A stretch of 63,928 nt of DNA, the filler included, from Hyphochytrium catenoides (lineage: Eukaryota > Protista > Hyphochytriomycota): the NCBI GenBank assembly GCA_900088475.1. It is 10 parts of 10 records of this genome, joined end to end, with 100 filler letters (N's around TTAATTAATTAA, not from the genome) between each part and the next. Parts side by side here need not be neighbours in the genome. Positions count along the whole stretch, not along the records: positions 1 to 11,208 come from FLMG01001740.1; positions 11,309 to 34,506 come from FLMG01003690.1; 8 more parts are not named here. One strand, given 5' to 3'. The notes below the pieces were generated by a model, which was not told the origin of the DNA, made no database searches, and saw nothing but the letters and a program-made list of their open reading frames with translations. This document shows, one piece after another, positions 1-11,310 of the stretch (positions within the stretch are counted from its first letter, which is position 1; the number at the start of each line of letters is the position of its first letter). A program made the position numbers and the translations under genes.

Positions 1-382
1 GGGGGGGGGCGCGCGAAGAGAGAGAGAGAGAGATGGAGAGCGAAAGAAAGAGAGAGATGGAGAGAGAGAGCGTGTAGAGAGATGGAGAGAGAGAGAGAGA
101 GAGAGACGGACGGAGGGAGGGAGAGAGAAGAGAAAGAGCGGAGTTCGAATGAGAAGAGAATCCTCTTCTTTCTGTCACGAATGACTTGGAGTCCCAAGAT
201 AGATACTAGAGGAGCGACATTCCCTAAGTCTGACATTTTGGAGAGGCAGAATGAGTTCCTCGCTTAACTTGGGATCGTTGCGCTGACCTAGTGAAGTCGC
301 TACTAGCAATACGTCGCACATACAGAGCACAAAGCTTAATAGCTGCCGCCCAGACAGCGCAAGCTGTTCGGCTTTTTCTCTT

Positions 383-3300
383 TTAGCCCGCGATGTCTCT
401 TCTTAGCCCGCGATGCCTCCTCTTCTTTTCTCTACCTTTAAAGCGCTTCGTCTCTCTTTCTTTCCTTACGTTCCCTCCAACCGGCAATGGAGTCTGACCC
501 TCCTTCCATAGTGTGAACTCGTCAATCGTCTCTCCGGTTGCTGTCACTGCGCGGAAGACTAACTTCTCTGCCTCTACTTCTCCCATGGCGTAGCCGTACG
601 CGCCTTTTCTGGCTACCTCTCTCCAAGGAACATCCATGTAGTCTGCGTTATCTAAATCAAAGCCTGCCATTCCCACTGTGACGTGCCTGAGTCCAGGAGA
701 GGAAAGAGAGGAGACGCACTCTCCCTCGTAGATTCTGCAGGTTCTCTCATAGCTGTGATAGTGGCCCCAGAGAGCGAGGTCCACTTTGTACTGGGTCAGA
801 AGGTCTTCAAGTGCCCTCTGAATACCCTGAGCCGTCTGCCAATCAGCAGCATAGTCCTCGCTGTTGTACATTGGACGGTGACCTGGAATGAAGAATAGGG
901 TGACAACAGAGACGTAAGAAGAAAAGGGAGAGAGCGAGAGAGCTGATCAGCGAAAAGAGAAGAGAAAGAGAGAGATGTCGATCAAATTGCAATGGAGAAG
1001 TGGGCCAAATGTCATTCAGAAGTATCATGTGGAGAAGAGTCACCGGAAGAGTAGCCGCGGCTTTCCGTTCTGCCTGCCACGACGACCGCAAAAGAGACAG
1101 ATTGATGAAATAAGGGAAAGAGCAGGGAGAGACCAGAGGCTAGATAGAGGAAGTACTTGAGCCATAGAAGATCGGTGACACACCTGTTAATATCACCCAC
1201 GGAGTCCTTCCTCGGTCTACCCTTGAGAGGTCCTCCTGCAGCCACTGGTGCTGCGCCGAGCCAGGAGTAAAGTCGTGCTCGGTCGAGATCTGGATAATGT
1301 GCGCGAGGCCATAGTTGAAGCTGTACCACCACACGCCGTGACCTGTGCTGGGCGCCGAGTAGCGATGCACCACGGGGACTCCGCACTAGCAAAAGAGAAA
1401 CGACATAGGGGGTTAAAGTCACTTAGCTAGTGTAGTGAGGAGGTCAGAGCTCCCTACACCCAGGCACCCTTTGCACATATGGCGTTTAACTCCCTAAGTC
1501 TAAGGCTTCTCTTTGCCGTCAGAAGGGATCTGATCTCTCTTAGCTTCGCTACCGCTACCTACTGTACCTCTTACCTCTCCGAAGCTNNNNNNNNNNNNNN
1601 NNNNNNNNNNNNNNNNNNNNNNNNNNNNNNNNTCCCAACTGATCGAGGCCACACAGAGACTCATGTTAGAAAGGCGGAGAGAGACAGAGAGGCATCTGAA
1701 AGGTCAAACGTCTATACCAATGAGGAAGTAAAGCAAGAGGGAGACGTGCTATGTTAGAACAGGAAAGAGGTTCTTATCTCACATGAAACCTCGCCCCCAG
1801 GCGTAAGAGATATCCCCGATGTGCAGGAGAAAAGCAGGAGACTCTTCGTCAGGAAGATCCTTGACAAGGTCGCGAGTCAGAGCAGCCGAGACGTTACGGC
1901 CGCCAAACACAGTTCCCTGATCACCTGACAGCGGGACATTAAGTTAGTGGAGGCGAAAAGCAAAGGAGTTAGCAGAACAGACGAATCTCCCCAGGTTCAG
2001 ACGGAGCTCCAAGGAGAGAGTACGTAAGAGAGAAGAACAAACCTCATCAAAGAGTAGGTGCACGAGAAGGACAGAGAGAGAGCAGCACCCTACCAAAGAC
2101 TATGAATTTGACCTTTCCCCTATGTGATGCTCCATGAGGGCTAACGAAGTCAAAGACTTCTGACCAAACCGTCTCCTCACTCCCTTTCTCAGTCTTTCCC
2201 CTTCCAACAGCCACCTGATAGTAGTACTTTCTCCTGCTCTCCAGTCTCTTTAGCTCCACAGTGTGGAAGAAGCCGGGAGAGATAAAGTATCCGCCCGTAG
2301 TAGAGTTAGCAGGAAACCCACACATATCTTCAGCACGATAAGTCGTCGTCTTTCCACCGGTTGCGAGGCGAGATAGACGCTTTGGGTCCAAGCCATAGCG
2401 CACAAGAGGAACTCTCTTCTCTTCCCCTGCCATCCCCGCAGGAACATTTGTCACGAACTTGATCTTAACGCTGTTCGGGTCATCCGAGAGCTCCAAGTGT
2501 ACCTGAAGCGGCTCCGCCTCAAGGTGAAGGAAGGAGAGAGGAGATGACTCTGCAAGTCGGGTGGGAGTGTCTGCTGCACCACCCTGTTCGAAGTACCGAA
2601 CAACTAAGGGCGTCCGGATGTTCAGGACATTTGGGATGATGACCTGCTCATAATTGTTAGGGGAGGGAGGGTCAGAAAGGGAGAGACAGACAGAGAGAAA
2701 AGGAGAGAAAGAGATAAGAGGAGCGACAGCAACCACAGAGCCCACCATCCAAACCTTTCATCTACAACAGAAGTAGCACTCCCTCTTCGTCTTTCGTGTT
2801 CGAGAGAAGAATGAAGCTGGAAGGCGAGCAGTGTGCTTCAGACAGGCAAAGCGAGGAAGCAAAGAGGGCTAGCTGCCCTTTGGCCTGCAGGACAAGCGGC
2901 AGAACCTTACCCATCCAGAATCCCTTGGCTCTATACTCTTTTGTCCTTCCTGCAGCCCTGTGTCCGTCGGCTGATAGAGTCGGAAAGTCTCAAGAAGGTC
3001 TCCATCGCCAGTGCCTTGTATATAGAGACCAATCCAGTCATAGGACCCGGGATTGGCTATGCCCTGCCACGAGACTGTGCGCAAGAAGGCGAGTGAGGAA
3101 CGGATCGAGGCATATAATGGAGTAAGAGAGAGCGCAGAGAAGGTGAAGGGAGAAGAAGAGAAGGATGGTGTTTATGAGAGAAAGAAGGAGGAGAAGAGAG
3201 GAGTGGTCGAAGCAGAGAACGAGTAAGCAAGAGAATCGGGACCAGCTTTATGGAAAAAGAACTAGGTCTGGAAAAGCAAAGGTCGCCTCCGGGAGAGACG

Positions 3301-3640
3301 CAAGAAGAGGGGCGGACTGTTCCTCACCATTAACAGCCTCCCCGCTCCGGGTCAGGGTGGTCCCTCCGCTAACCACTGATAGTGCCGTTAGTGATGGCGC
3401 TGGTGACTGCTGGAGTATCAATGTTGAGAAGGACGAGTTTGAAAAGAGCGCAGGATCCCCTGCGGTCCACACGACGGATTCTTCACTAGCAGAGCTTGCA
3501 GCTGCCCGAACGTGATAACGAGTACAGCTCGAGAGCAAGAAGCACTGATAGAAGAAGAAGAGGAGATAGCATGGCCAGACGAGACATATCCCTAGAGTCC
3601 TGCGTGGGGCTGCCCCTCGCCTAGCTCCGACGCGCGGCAT
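383..3640 (-). CDS. Purple acid phosphatase (secreted metallophosphoesterase with FN3-like N-domain), copy A, multi-exon
   Basis: Spliced exons give an N-terminal hydrophobic segment, DWIGLY, EPLQVHL, YRAEDMCGFPAN...PGFFHTV, GDQG, LHIGDISYA (1800-1925), WYSFNYG...STEHDF and DLALWGHYHSYERTC, which are PAP metal-ligand motifs. The GNHE exon is not visible and probably falls in the N gap at 1587-1632. GT-AG introns. Confidence 0.92.
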
Positions 3641-5009
3641 TTTTCCAGATAGTTACAGCGTGAGACCTTGCTCTACACTTTTGCCTGGTGCCTCACTCTT
3701 CTCAAGGGCTAGCATGTTTGAGAGTGAGCAATCCACTGCCAGCGGTGCAACTGGATGCCGTTCTCGGTTGTATGGACTCACACAGAGACCGCATCTCCAC
3801 TGTCCTAGTCATGGAGCTGGAGGCTTCAGATTGGCAATGACGAAGCTTCATCAGACAACAAGAATCTGTCCCGCATCTTTCCTTTCAACATCTTGTCCGA
3901 AATATAGTGTCCGTTATCATGTCGACTCGTGGAAGATTCATTGAAAGGTTCAGAAAACTCTTTTTGAAAGGTACATGAGGTAGTTGCAAGATGAAATATT
4001 GCATTAATTTTCCTTTCATTTGAACACACAAGAACCTGTCCGAAAATATTACTCTCTTGTCTTTGGATGCGACTGTAGGCTAATAACCTTGGCTATCCCC
4101 CGGGGGACGTCAGAGCCCCCTTCCTACAGATGTCCTCCAGGACCTCTCATGCACGTCTGAAGCGACTTCGGAGCTTTGCTTCTCCTCTCATCAGAGTCTC
4201 AGAGTCTCAAGTCCACAGCGGGAACTCAGCGTTAGAACGAGGGAGAGGAGGAGGTAACGAGCCAAGCTTGCAAGCCTGGGTAGGGTTGTCGAGCAGGCAG
4301 CAAGACGAAGGAAGGTCCAGGGTGGTTGCGACGAGAAGCTTTGGCGGTGTCACTCGAGAAGAAGACGGCAGCGGGCCCAAGGGCGAGGCCACCGTCAAGC
4401 CGCGGGTCATGGACGGACTAGGGCAGGCTCGCCACGACCAGGGGCCGGAAGGACAGGCGGGAACCCTGTTCTCCACAGGAGCGAGAACTAACATCTTCAT
4501 TTTCCGCCATTGCCCGATAATACTGGCTGTTCTCCACGAGTGGAGAGCAGATGGCGGCAAATTATGCGGGCGCCGGAACGTCAATTCCCTTGCCAACGAA
4601 TACAGGAGCATACTATGGCGGTCGGGGACGAGGAAAGTTCTGACAGATAAAGGGGGGGGCGGGGATTGTGCCAAGGAGCGCGACTCTTGCCTTTATTAAG
4701 GGTGAAGAGCACCTTATTACAGGTCTGCGTCCAAGGAACAAGCGCATAAGGTGAAGATTGACACAGGCGCGGAGGTGTCGCTAGCCAATCTGGAGTGGTT
4801 GGGACCAACAATGTTAAGTGTCAAGCAGCTGAGGAAGCAACAGACATTGCATGGTGCTTTGGGCATCGGCTCGATGAGGATTAGAGGTCGGTGAGGCTGG
4901 TAGTTCAAATGGGGTCACATTGTCTGGAGGGCTGGAGGGTTTTGGCGGTCGCCCAAGGGCTAAAGACCGACCTGCCTCTTGGTCGGGACCCCTATGGTAT
5001 AGATCAAAC

Positions 5010-5492
5010 GAGGTAATGGGTGAAGACGGTCACCGCCCACCAGCTCTCGTTGCCGCTGTTCCATCGCGGCGTAGGTCCTTCGCTGCTCTTCACTGACTAG
5101 AAGCATCATATAGTCAAAATCAGAGGCGAGATAGAGCTCCAACACCGACATCCGCCGTTCCTCAGACTAGCGCTCGGTGCCCCTCGCGGGGTTCTCAAAT
5201 GTTGACTAAAACTGCTTTTTCCATCGAATGTGGGGACTGCAGCCCAAAAGCGAGATCGGATCGCGATCTTCAATGGGAATAGCAGTTTAGTCAGCAGTTA
5301 AGAGCGGCACCGCGCGCTACTCGGAGGAAGAGAGGATGAAGGCATTGGAGCTCACCCTCGCATCTAGTTTTGAATAGGTGATGCCCTTAACCAGCGAAGA
5401 GCAGCGAAAGGACCTACGCCGGGATGAAATAGCGGCTACCAAAGCTGCTGGACGGTGACCTGCTTGACGATTCTGACACCATTCCACGCGTT
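5010..5492. repeat. Imperfect long inverted repeat (arms ~5010-5229 and ~5269-5492)
   Basis: The reverse complement of the left arm (ttcgatggaaaaagcagttttagtcaaca...gaagagcagcgaaggacctacgccgcgatggaacagcggc) aligns to the right arm (ttcaatgggaatagcagtttagtcagca...gaagagcagcgaaaggacctacgccgggatgaaatagcggc). Confidence 0.85.
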
Positions 5493-6110
5493 TACCAGCT
5501 GGTGACTAACCAGCGTCAAGCATCGGGAAGGTGCCGGAGGCCTCGCTTCCTTTCGAGGAGCTCTGTGGACAGGGTCTATTTGGGGATGGTCACAACTATC
5601 GGAGGTATATTACAAAGGAACGTTGCTAAACTGCCAATTCCTCTTCAGCGCTTGCTCGGGAAAGGCAAGCCGCTTTGTGGGGGTCAAGAGCAGCAGCGTT
5701 TGATACGTTAAAGAAGGAAGTTGCTAGAGGAACCAGTCTTCCTACATACACCTGACTTTTGAAGGACAGCACCGTTCGTCGTGACACGGATGACTCAAAG
5801 GACGCAGTGGTCAGCGGTCTTTGTCCGACAAGAAGAGCACGGGCAAGAGCCTAGTTGACAAGGGTCCGAGCCCAAGCACCCACATTGTTGGAGGCCAGGA
5901 CAGTCTATTGGGCTGTCAAGAAGCTGCGGCGCTCTTTGTCCTAACGGTCCCTCTCCTACTGCTCAGTCTCTCCTTATTACTTTCTCTGCGCAGTTTCACT
6001 TTTCTCCTGTCTTTGCTTGCCTCTCTTCCCTACTACTAGTTTCTCTCCTTTGGCTTGAGCTTCTCCGTCAAACATAGGGAACAGGTCTAACATCAAGAAC
6101 GGATACATTT

Positions 6111-7660
6111 TTAGGCTTTTGTTAGGGTGAACTCGTCCATCGTCTTCCCATCTTCATCCATCAACACTCGCATTGTGAGACTCGCTCTCTCCACCTCCAC
6201 CACTGAGTAGCCGTACGTTCCCTGCAGCGCCACCTTTCGCCAGGGAACCTTCTTATACTTGCCATAAGCTAAACTATTGCCTGCCATTCCCACTGTGACG
6301 TGCACAAGGCCAGGAGAAGAGAGAGAAGCCACGCACTTCCCTTTATAGACTCTGCAGGTTCTCTCATAGCTGTGATAGTGGCCCCAGAGCGCGAGGTCCA
6401 CTTTGTACTGGGTCAGAAGATCTTCAAGAGCCCTCTGAAGGCCCAGAGAGGTCTTCCAGTTTGGCTGGTGGTCCTCACTGTTATACATCGGACGGTGACC
6501 TGGAGAGAGAGAGAGTCATGACATCGAGAAGACGAGTTGTTAGACACATAGGTAAGGTGATGGTCGAGGTGCACAGAGTAGAACAAGAGAGAGGGAAAGA
6601 GCGATGACATTCAAACTACGGACACACGAAGAAGCTGTTCTTTTTAGACTACTTGCGTTCACATAGGACATGACGGACTTGGCACATGAAGAGAAGGCCT
6701 TGAGAAGATGAAGAGCGAAGAGTTCAGGACAACGAGGGAAGGTGCGGGAGAAGAGAGAGGGAGCAGGGGGTGCAAGTAGCCATAGAAAGCAAGGGGCAGA
6801 AGTGACCAGAAAAAAGACAAGGTGAAAGTCAAGAGAGAGAAAGATCTGACCTGTGATCACCACCCACGGAGTCCTCTCTCGGTCCACCCTTGAGAGATCC
6901 TCCTGCAGCCACTGGTACTGCGCTGAGCCAGGAGTAAAGTCGTGCTCGGTCGAGATCTGGATAATGTGCACCAAGCCATAGTTGAAGCTGTACCACCACA
7001 CGCCGTGGCCTGTGCTGGGCGCCGAGTAGCGATGCACCACGGGGACTCCGCACTATAGGTTGAGAGGGGAAAGGTTGACGTGAAAAGAAGAGAGAGAGAG
7101 GAGAGAGAGAGGGAAGCGGAAGAGAGACGGCGAATGAGTTTAGACAGGAATAGACCAATGGCGGAAGTAGTCCCGATGTAAGCCTTCATATCGATTGTTG
7201 GTGTCTCTTCCTCTTCTTAGTTGTTCTCTCTCTCTCATCAGCCTCTCTCCTTCCCAATTGGTTCCTTTCTCCTCTCCCGCACTCCCGCCAACAATTCACG
7301 TTCCTTCCCTCTTCTCTCCTCCACGCCTCTTACCTCTCCATGGCTATCATCTCCATAGTTGCCCCAGGACGGATGGAAGCCTAGTCCCGCGCCGCTGGGA
7401 TCTTTGTCGGCGCCTGAGACATGATCGTACTCGTGGTTGCCCATGCTCACCATATAAGGGTAGCGGGAGGCGTAAGGCTGGATCTGTGTGCCCCACTTGT
7501 CCCAACTGGAGGCCAGAAGGATAGAGATGTGGAGAGTGCCAGAGAAGGAAGAAAGTTAGAGCCCATGACGATTCCACGTGATGTTCAAGCTGAGGCACAG
7601 CCACCGAACAAAAGAGAAGGAGAGAGGACGAAGAGAGAGAGAGGACGAAGAGAGAGAGAG

Positions 7661-7705
<45 letters not shown>

Positions 7706-8062
7706 AGAAAGCGAGACAGCGAGGAGAAGACAGAGTATTGCGAATGGTCTCTGATAGCTTGTCAGCTCATCGGAGAGAACTTACAGGTATCCTTTGCCCC
7801 TTCCATAAGCAATGTCTCCAAAGTGCAGGATGAAGGCAGGACGGACATTCTCGTCCTCAAACTCCCTCACCAGCCGCTCCTTGAGGACTCTTGAGGTCCA
7901 TGGCCCACCTTGGACTGTGCCCTGGTCGGCTGTGAGAGAGAGAGAGAGAGAGATAGTGATGGAAAGAGGACGGCAGGGTTACATGAGATTTAATTAGAGA
8001 CAAAGGAGACAATTCGGGAAGTGCAAAAGAGGTAGCGCGTGGGCTGGAAAGAGGGAGGAAAG

Positions 8063-8120
<58 letters not shown>

Positions 8121-8122
8121 GT

Positions 8123-8170
<48 letters not shown>

Positions 8171-9630
8171 AAAGACAGAGAGGGAAAGAGAAATTCAGAA
8201 GTAGAGAGAGAAAACTTAGGAGCAAACCGTACCAAGCGCAACGAAGGTGACCTTGCCATCGTGTGTCGGGGCATGAGGACTAACAAAGTCAAATACTCCG
8301 GACCAGACCGTTTTCTCTCCCTGACTCTCTCCCTTCTCAACCGCCACCTGATAGAAATACTTCTTCCTGGGCTCCAAGTTCTTGAGCTCCACAGTGTGGA
8401 AGAAGCCGGGATGGATGAAGAAGCCGCCAGTAGTCGAGTTAGCAGGGAAGCCACACATATCTTCTGCACGATAGGTCGTCGTCTCTCCACCTCTGGCGAC
8501 CAGAGAGAGAGCCTTGCGCTCTGTCCCATAGCGTACGATTGGCGTGGCCTGCGTCTCTCCCCCAGTCGGAATGTTCGTCACGAACTTCACTTTCATTGCC
8601 AGAGGATCGTCAGCAAGCTCAATGTGCACTTGCAGAGGCTCCTCATTGAGATTTCGGAAGGTTAAAGGAGACGATCCGGCCACTCTGGAGCCGATCTCTG
8701 CCTTTCCTTCTTTCTCTTGGTTCATATAACGGAACACTAAGGGCTTTCTCACATTGAGCACGCGGCGGACCAGTAGCTGTGGGAGACAGAAGAAGGTATA
8801 AGCGGGAGAGGTGAGAGAGAGAGAGAGAGAACATGGAAGAGAATTTTGAAGAGAAGAGAGGAGCCAGAGAGAGACGAGCTGGAGAGAGGAGGGGAGGAGA
8901 GAACGAGAGAGGGAAAGGAAGCTGAATAATAACCACAAGNNNNNNNNNNNNNNNNNNNNNNNNNNNNNNNNNNNNNNNNNNNNNNNNGCCTTAAAGGCAC
9001 GCTGTTTCTCAAGAGGAGCGTCATCTTCTGATCCCTCAATGAACAGACCAATCCAGTCAAAAGGCTGCACCGTCGGAATGCCACGCCATGTGACTGTGGA
9101 GAGCAAGAGGGAGAGAGAGAGAGAGACAGAACGAGAGAAGAGACATAGAGAGAGACCGATGGAGAGACAGAGAATGTCAGATTGCGAAGAGCGGGAAGGA
9201 CGGCCTATGATAGTCACAATAACACCTATGGACTTGAAAAGAGCAGGACACAAGAAGAAAGGGACGGATCGTTCGAGAGAGAGAGAGAGAGAAGACAGAT
9301 GCAAAGAAGGGTCCCATCACCTTGGACGCTCTCTCCGCTGGCCTTCAGCGTTGTCGTTTTGGTGACCACAGAGACCGCTGTGATCTCTGGCCATCCTCTC
9401 CTTAGAGATGCAGTTGGAAAGGAGACAGGCCTTTCGAGCGGACTCCAGACCGCGACGTCATCGCTCTCTCCCTCTCCGCTGTCACTTCTCTCTCCACTAT
9501 CGCTTCTGTCGGCACTATCGCTTGTCTCTCCCAGTCCTTCTGGAGAGAAGACAGGCTGTCCCGATGCCAGGAATAGAAAAGAGAGAAGAACAGTGAAAAG
9601 GGAGAGAGAAAATATGCCCAGACGGGCCAT
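6111..9630 (-). CDS. Purple acid phosphatase, copy B (tandem paralogue), multi-exon
   Basis: Signal peptide MARLGIFSLSLFTVLLSFLFLASG; motifs ADQG, LHFGDIAYG, MVSMGNHEYD, GHRPMY and GHYHSYERTC; same exon layout as copy A. Confidence 0.94.
8063..8165. repeat. Intronic compound microsatellite (GATA)n-(GA)n
   Basis: Directly visible tandem GATA run followed by a GA run inside a PAP copy B intron. Confidence 0.95.
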
Positions 9631-10795
9631 GTCCAGATGCCTCTTCTGTCCTCGTGGACTTATAGACTCCTATCTTGATCTTTATAGCCTCCTCTTGAGT
9701 GTCTTTCCTTCTCTCTTTCTTTCTTTTGCACTGGCCTTCTTACTATCTCATGTCTTATGCTCTTCTCCGTGTCTTTTCTTTGCAGGAGAGTGTATCTTGC
9801 TGTCCTGGTCAGAGGTTTGAAGACCGTTGCAAGGGCTCGGAAAGCTGAAGAATGGCGCCTGGCAATAGAGAGAAATCCTCGCTTTTCCAAAGCCCAAGAG
9901 CGTCAGGCGGCAAACTGACAAGAGAGCAAACCGCAAGAGAGAGAGAGAGACAAAGAGAGAGAACAAGAGAGAGAAAAAGGGATGCAAAGAAGATCACCAG
10001 ATTTAGAACACGTGAAAGAGACACTGAAGAGAGACTGACCAGAAGATGTTAATTATAGAGAGAGAGAGAGAAAGAGAGAGAGATAGGAAGAAAGATTAGG
10101 TAGAAAGAAGGAAGAAGAAAGTTCAAAGCTTCGACAGCGGAAGTAAAAATGCGTTGCCCGCACCGGCGTTGGAAGGTGAAGTCTATTCTCTGCTTTGCCG
10201 TCTGTTTGTTACCTGGCTGGCGGCGCCGTTTGAGCGGCCATTGGGATGGCGCCCGCTTTGTTCCTGGTCTCTCTCNNNNNNNNNNNNNNNNNNNNNNNNN
10301 NNNNNNNNNNNNNNNNNNNNNNNNNTCTCTTTATTTTTCTTCTTTGGTGCACTCTCTTCACCCTTGCACACTCGCCACCCTTCTCTCCTCCATATCTCCA
10401 GTATCAGTGACTTGCTCTAGACAGGCAGTCGTGTTAAGCTGCTGGTTCTATGGCTGACATGCATGTCAGTCACTCTCCTTCTCCTCCCACGTTCTTTCTC
10501 TCGTAAGTCGTTTTTAGCTTCTTAACGTTCCTCAGCTCCCATTGGTTCTTTCCTCTTCTGTCTTTCTTCTTCCACTCTCCTCTGTCGCAAACTTGTACCT
10601 CTCTCTCTTTCTCTTTCTCTCTCTTTCCCTTTCTCTCGATCTCCTCTATGCGCTGGCTCTCTCGACTACTGCTAATCTTGGTCCTTCCAAGCTTTTGTAT
10701 CTCTTTCCACTCTCGCTCTTCGTCATATACTCTATCTCTCTTCTCATANNNNNNNNNNNNNNNNNNNNNNNNNNNNNNNNNNNNNNNNNNNNNNN

Positions 10796-10826
<31 letters not shown>

Positions 10827-11208
10827 GGCCTCTCTCTTCGCTTGATATTCTGTGCTCAAGAAGAGGAAACTGCACTGGTCAAGGGACACACCGAAAGTGC
10901 TGGAAAAATAACGGACCACCGATCGAACTTATTTCAATGTTTCTTTCATGAGCTCATAGTTCCCTCACTCTTCTCACACTCTCAATGGCTCCGCCAATAC
11001 CTGGTAAAAGGGGGTTTTCGGAAGGAAGAGTGTGGGTTTGGATTGAAATTTATTAGGAGTTTAGGAAGCTTTCGTTGACGTTCGAAAGGTTCAGAACACG
11101 CTCTAACGCTTGGTGATGGACCTTTTGCTGTGCCCTTGATTGATCTCTCTGCTCCCTCCCTGCTCTGCCTCTCTCTCTCTCTCTCTTTTTCTCTCTCCCT
11201 CTCTCTCT

Positions 11209-11308
11209 NNNNNNNNNNNNNNNNNNNNNNNNNNNNNNNNNNNNNNNNNNNNTTAATTAATTAANNNNNNNNNNNNNNNNNNNNNNNNNNNNNNNNNNNN
11301 NNNNNNNN
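11209..11308. other. Artificial scaffold spacer N-TTAATTAATTAA-N (also at ~34507-34605, 51081-51180, 53155-53254, 55249-55348, 56769-56868, 57873-57972, 59800-59899, 62565-62664)
   Basis: The same 12-mer, with stops in all six frames, sits inside ~100-nt N blocks nine times. Confidence 0.97.
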
Positions 11309-11310
11309 TC

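Noticed and set aside
4130-4699. 189-aa and 155-aa overlapping ORFs between the PAP genes
   Set aside because: No motifs; GC-rich sequence open on both strands; more likely part of the decayed element next to the inverted repeat.
10960-11005. Possible terminal exon GIGGAIESVRRVREL* on the minus strand
   Set aside because: Too short to assign, and the rest lies beyond the scaffold edge.
11253-11264. Recurrent TTAATTAATTAA 12-mer as a biological repeat, and ORFs ending in 'LIN'
   Set aside because: Always embedded in N blocks; it is an artificial six-frame-stop contig linker.
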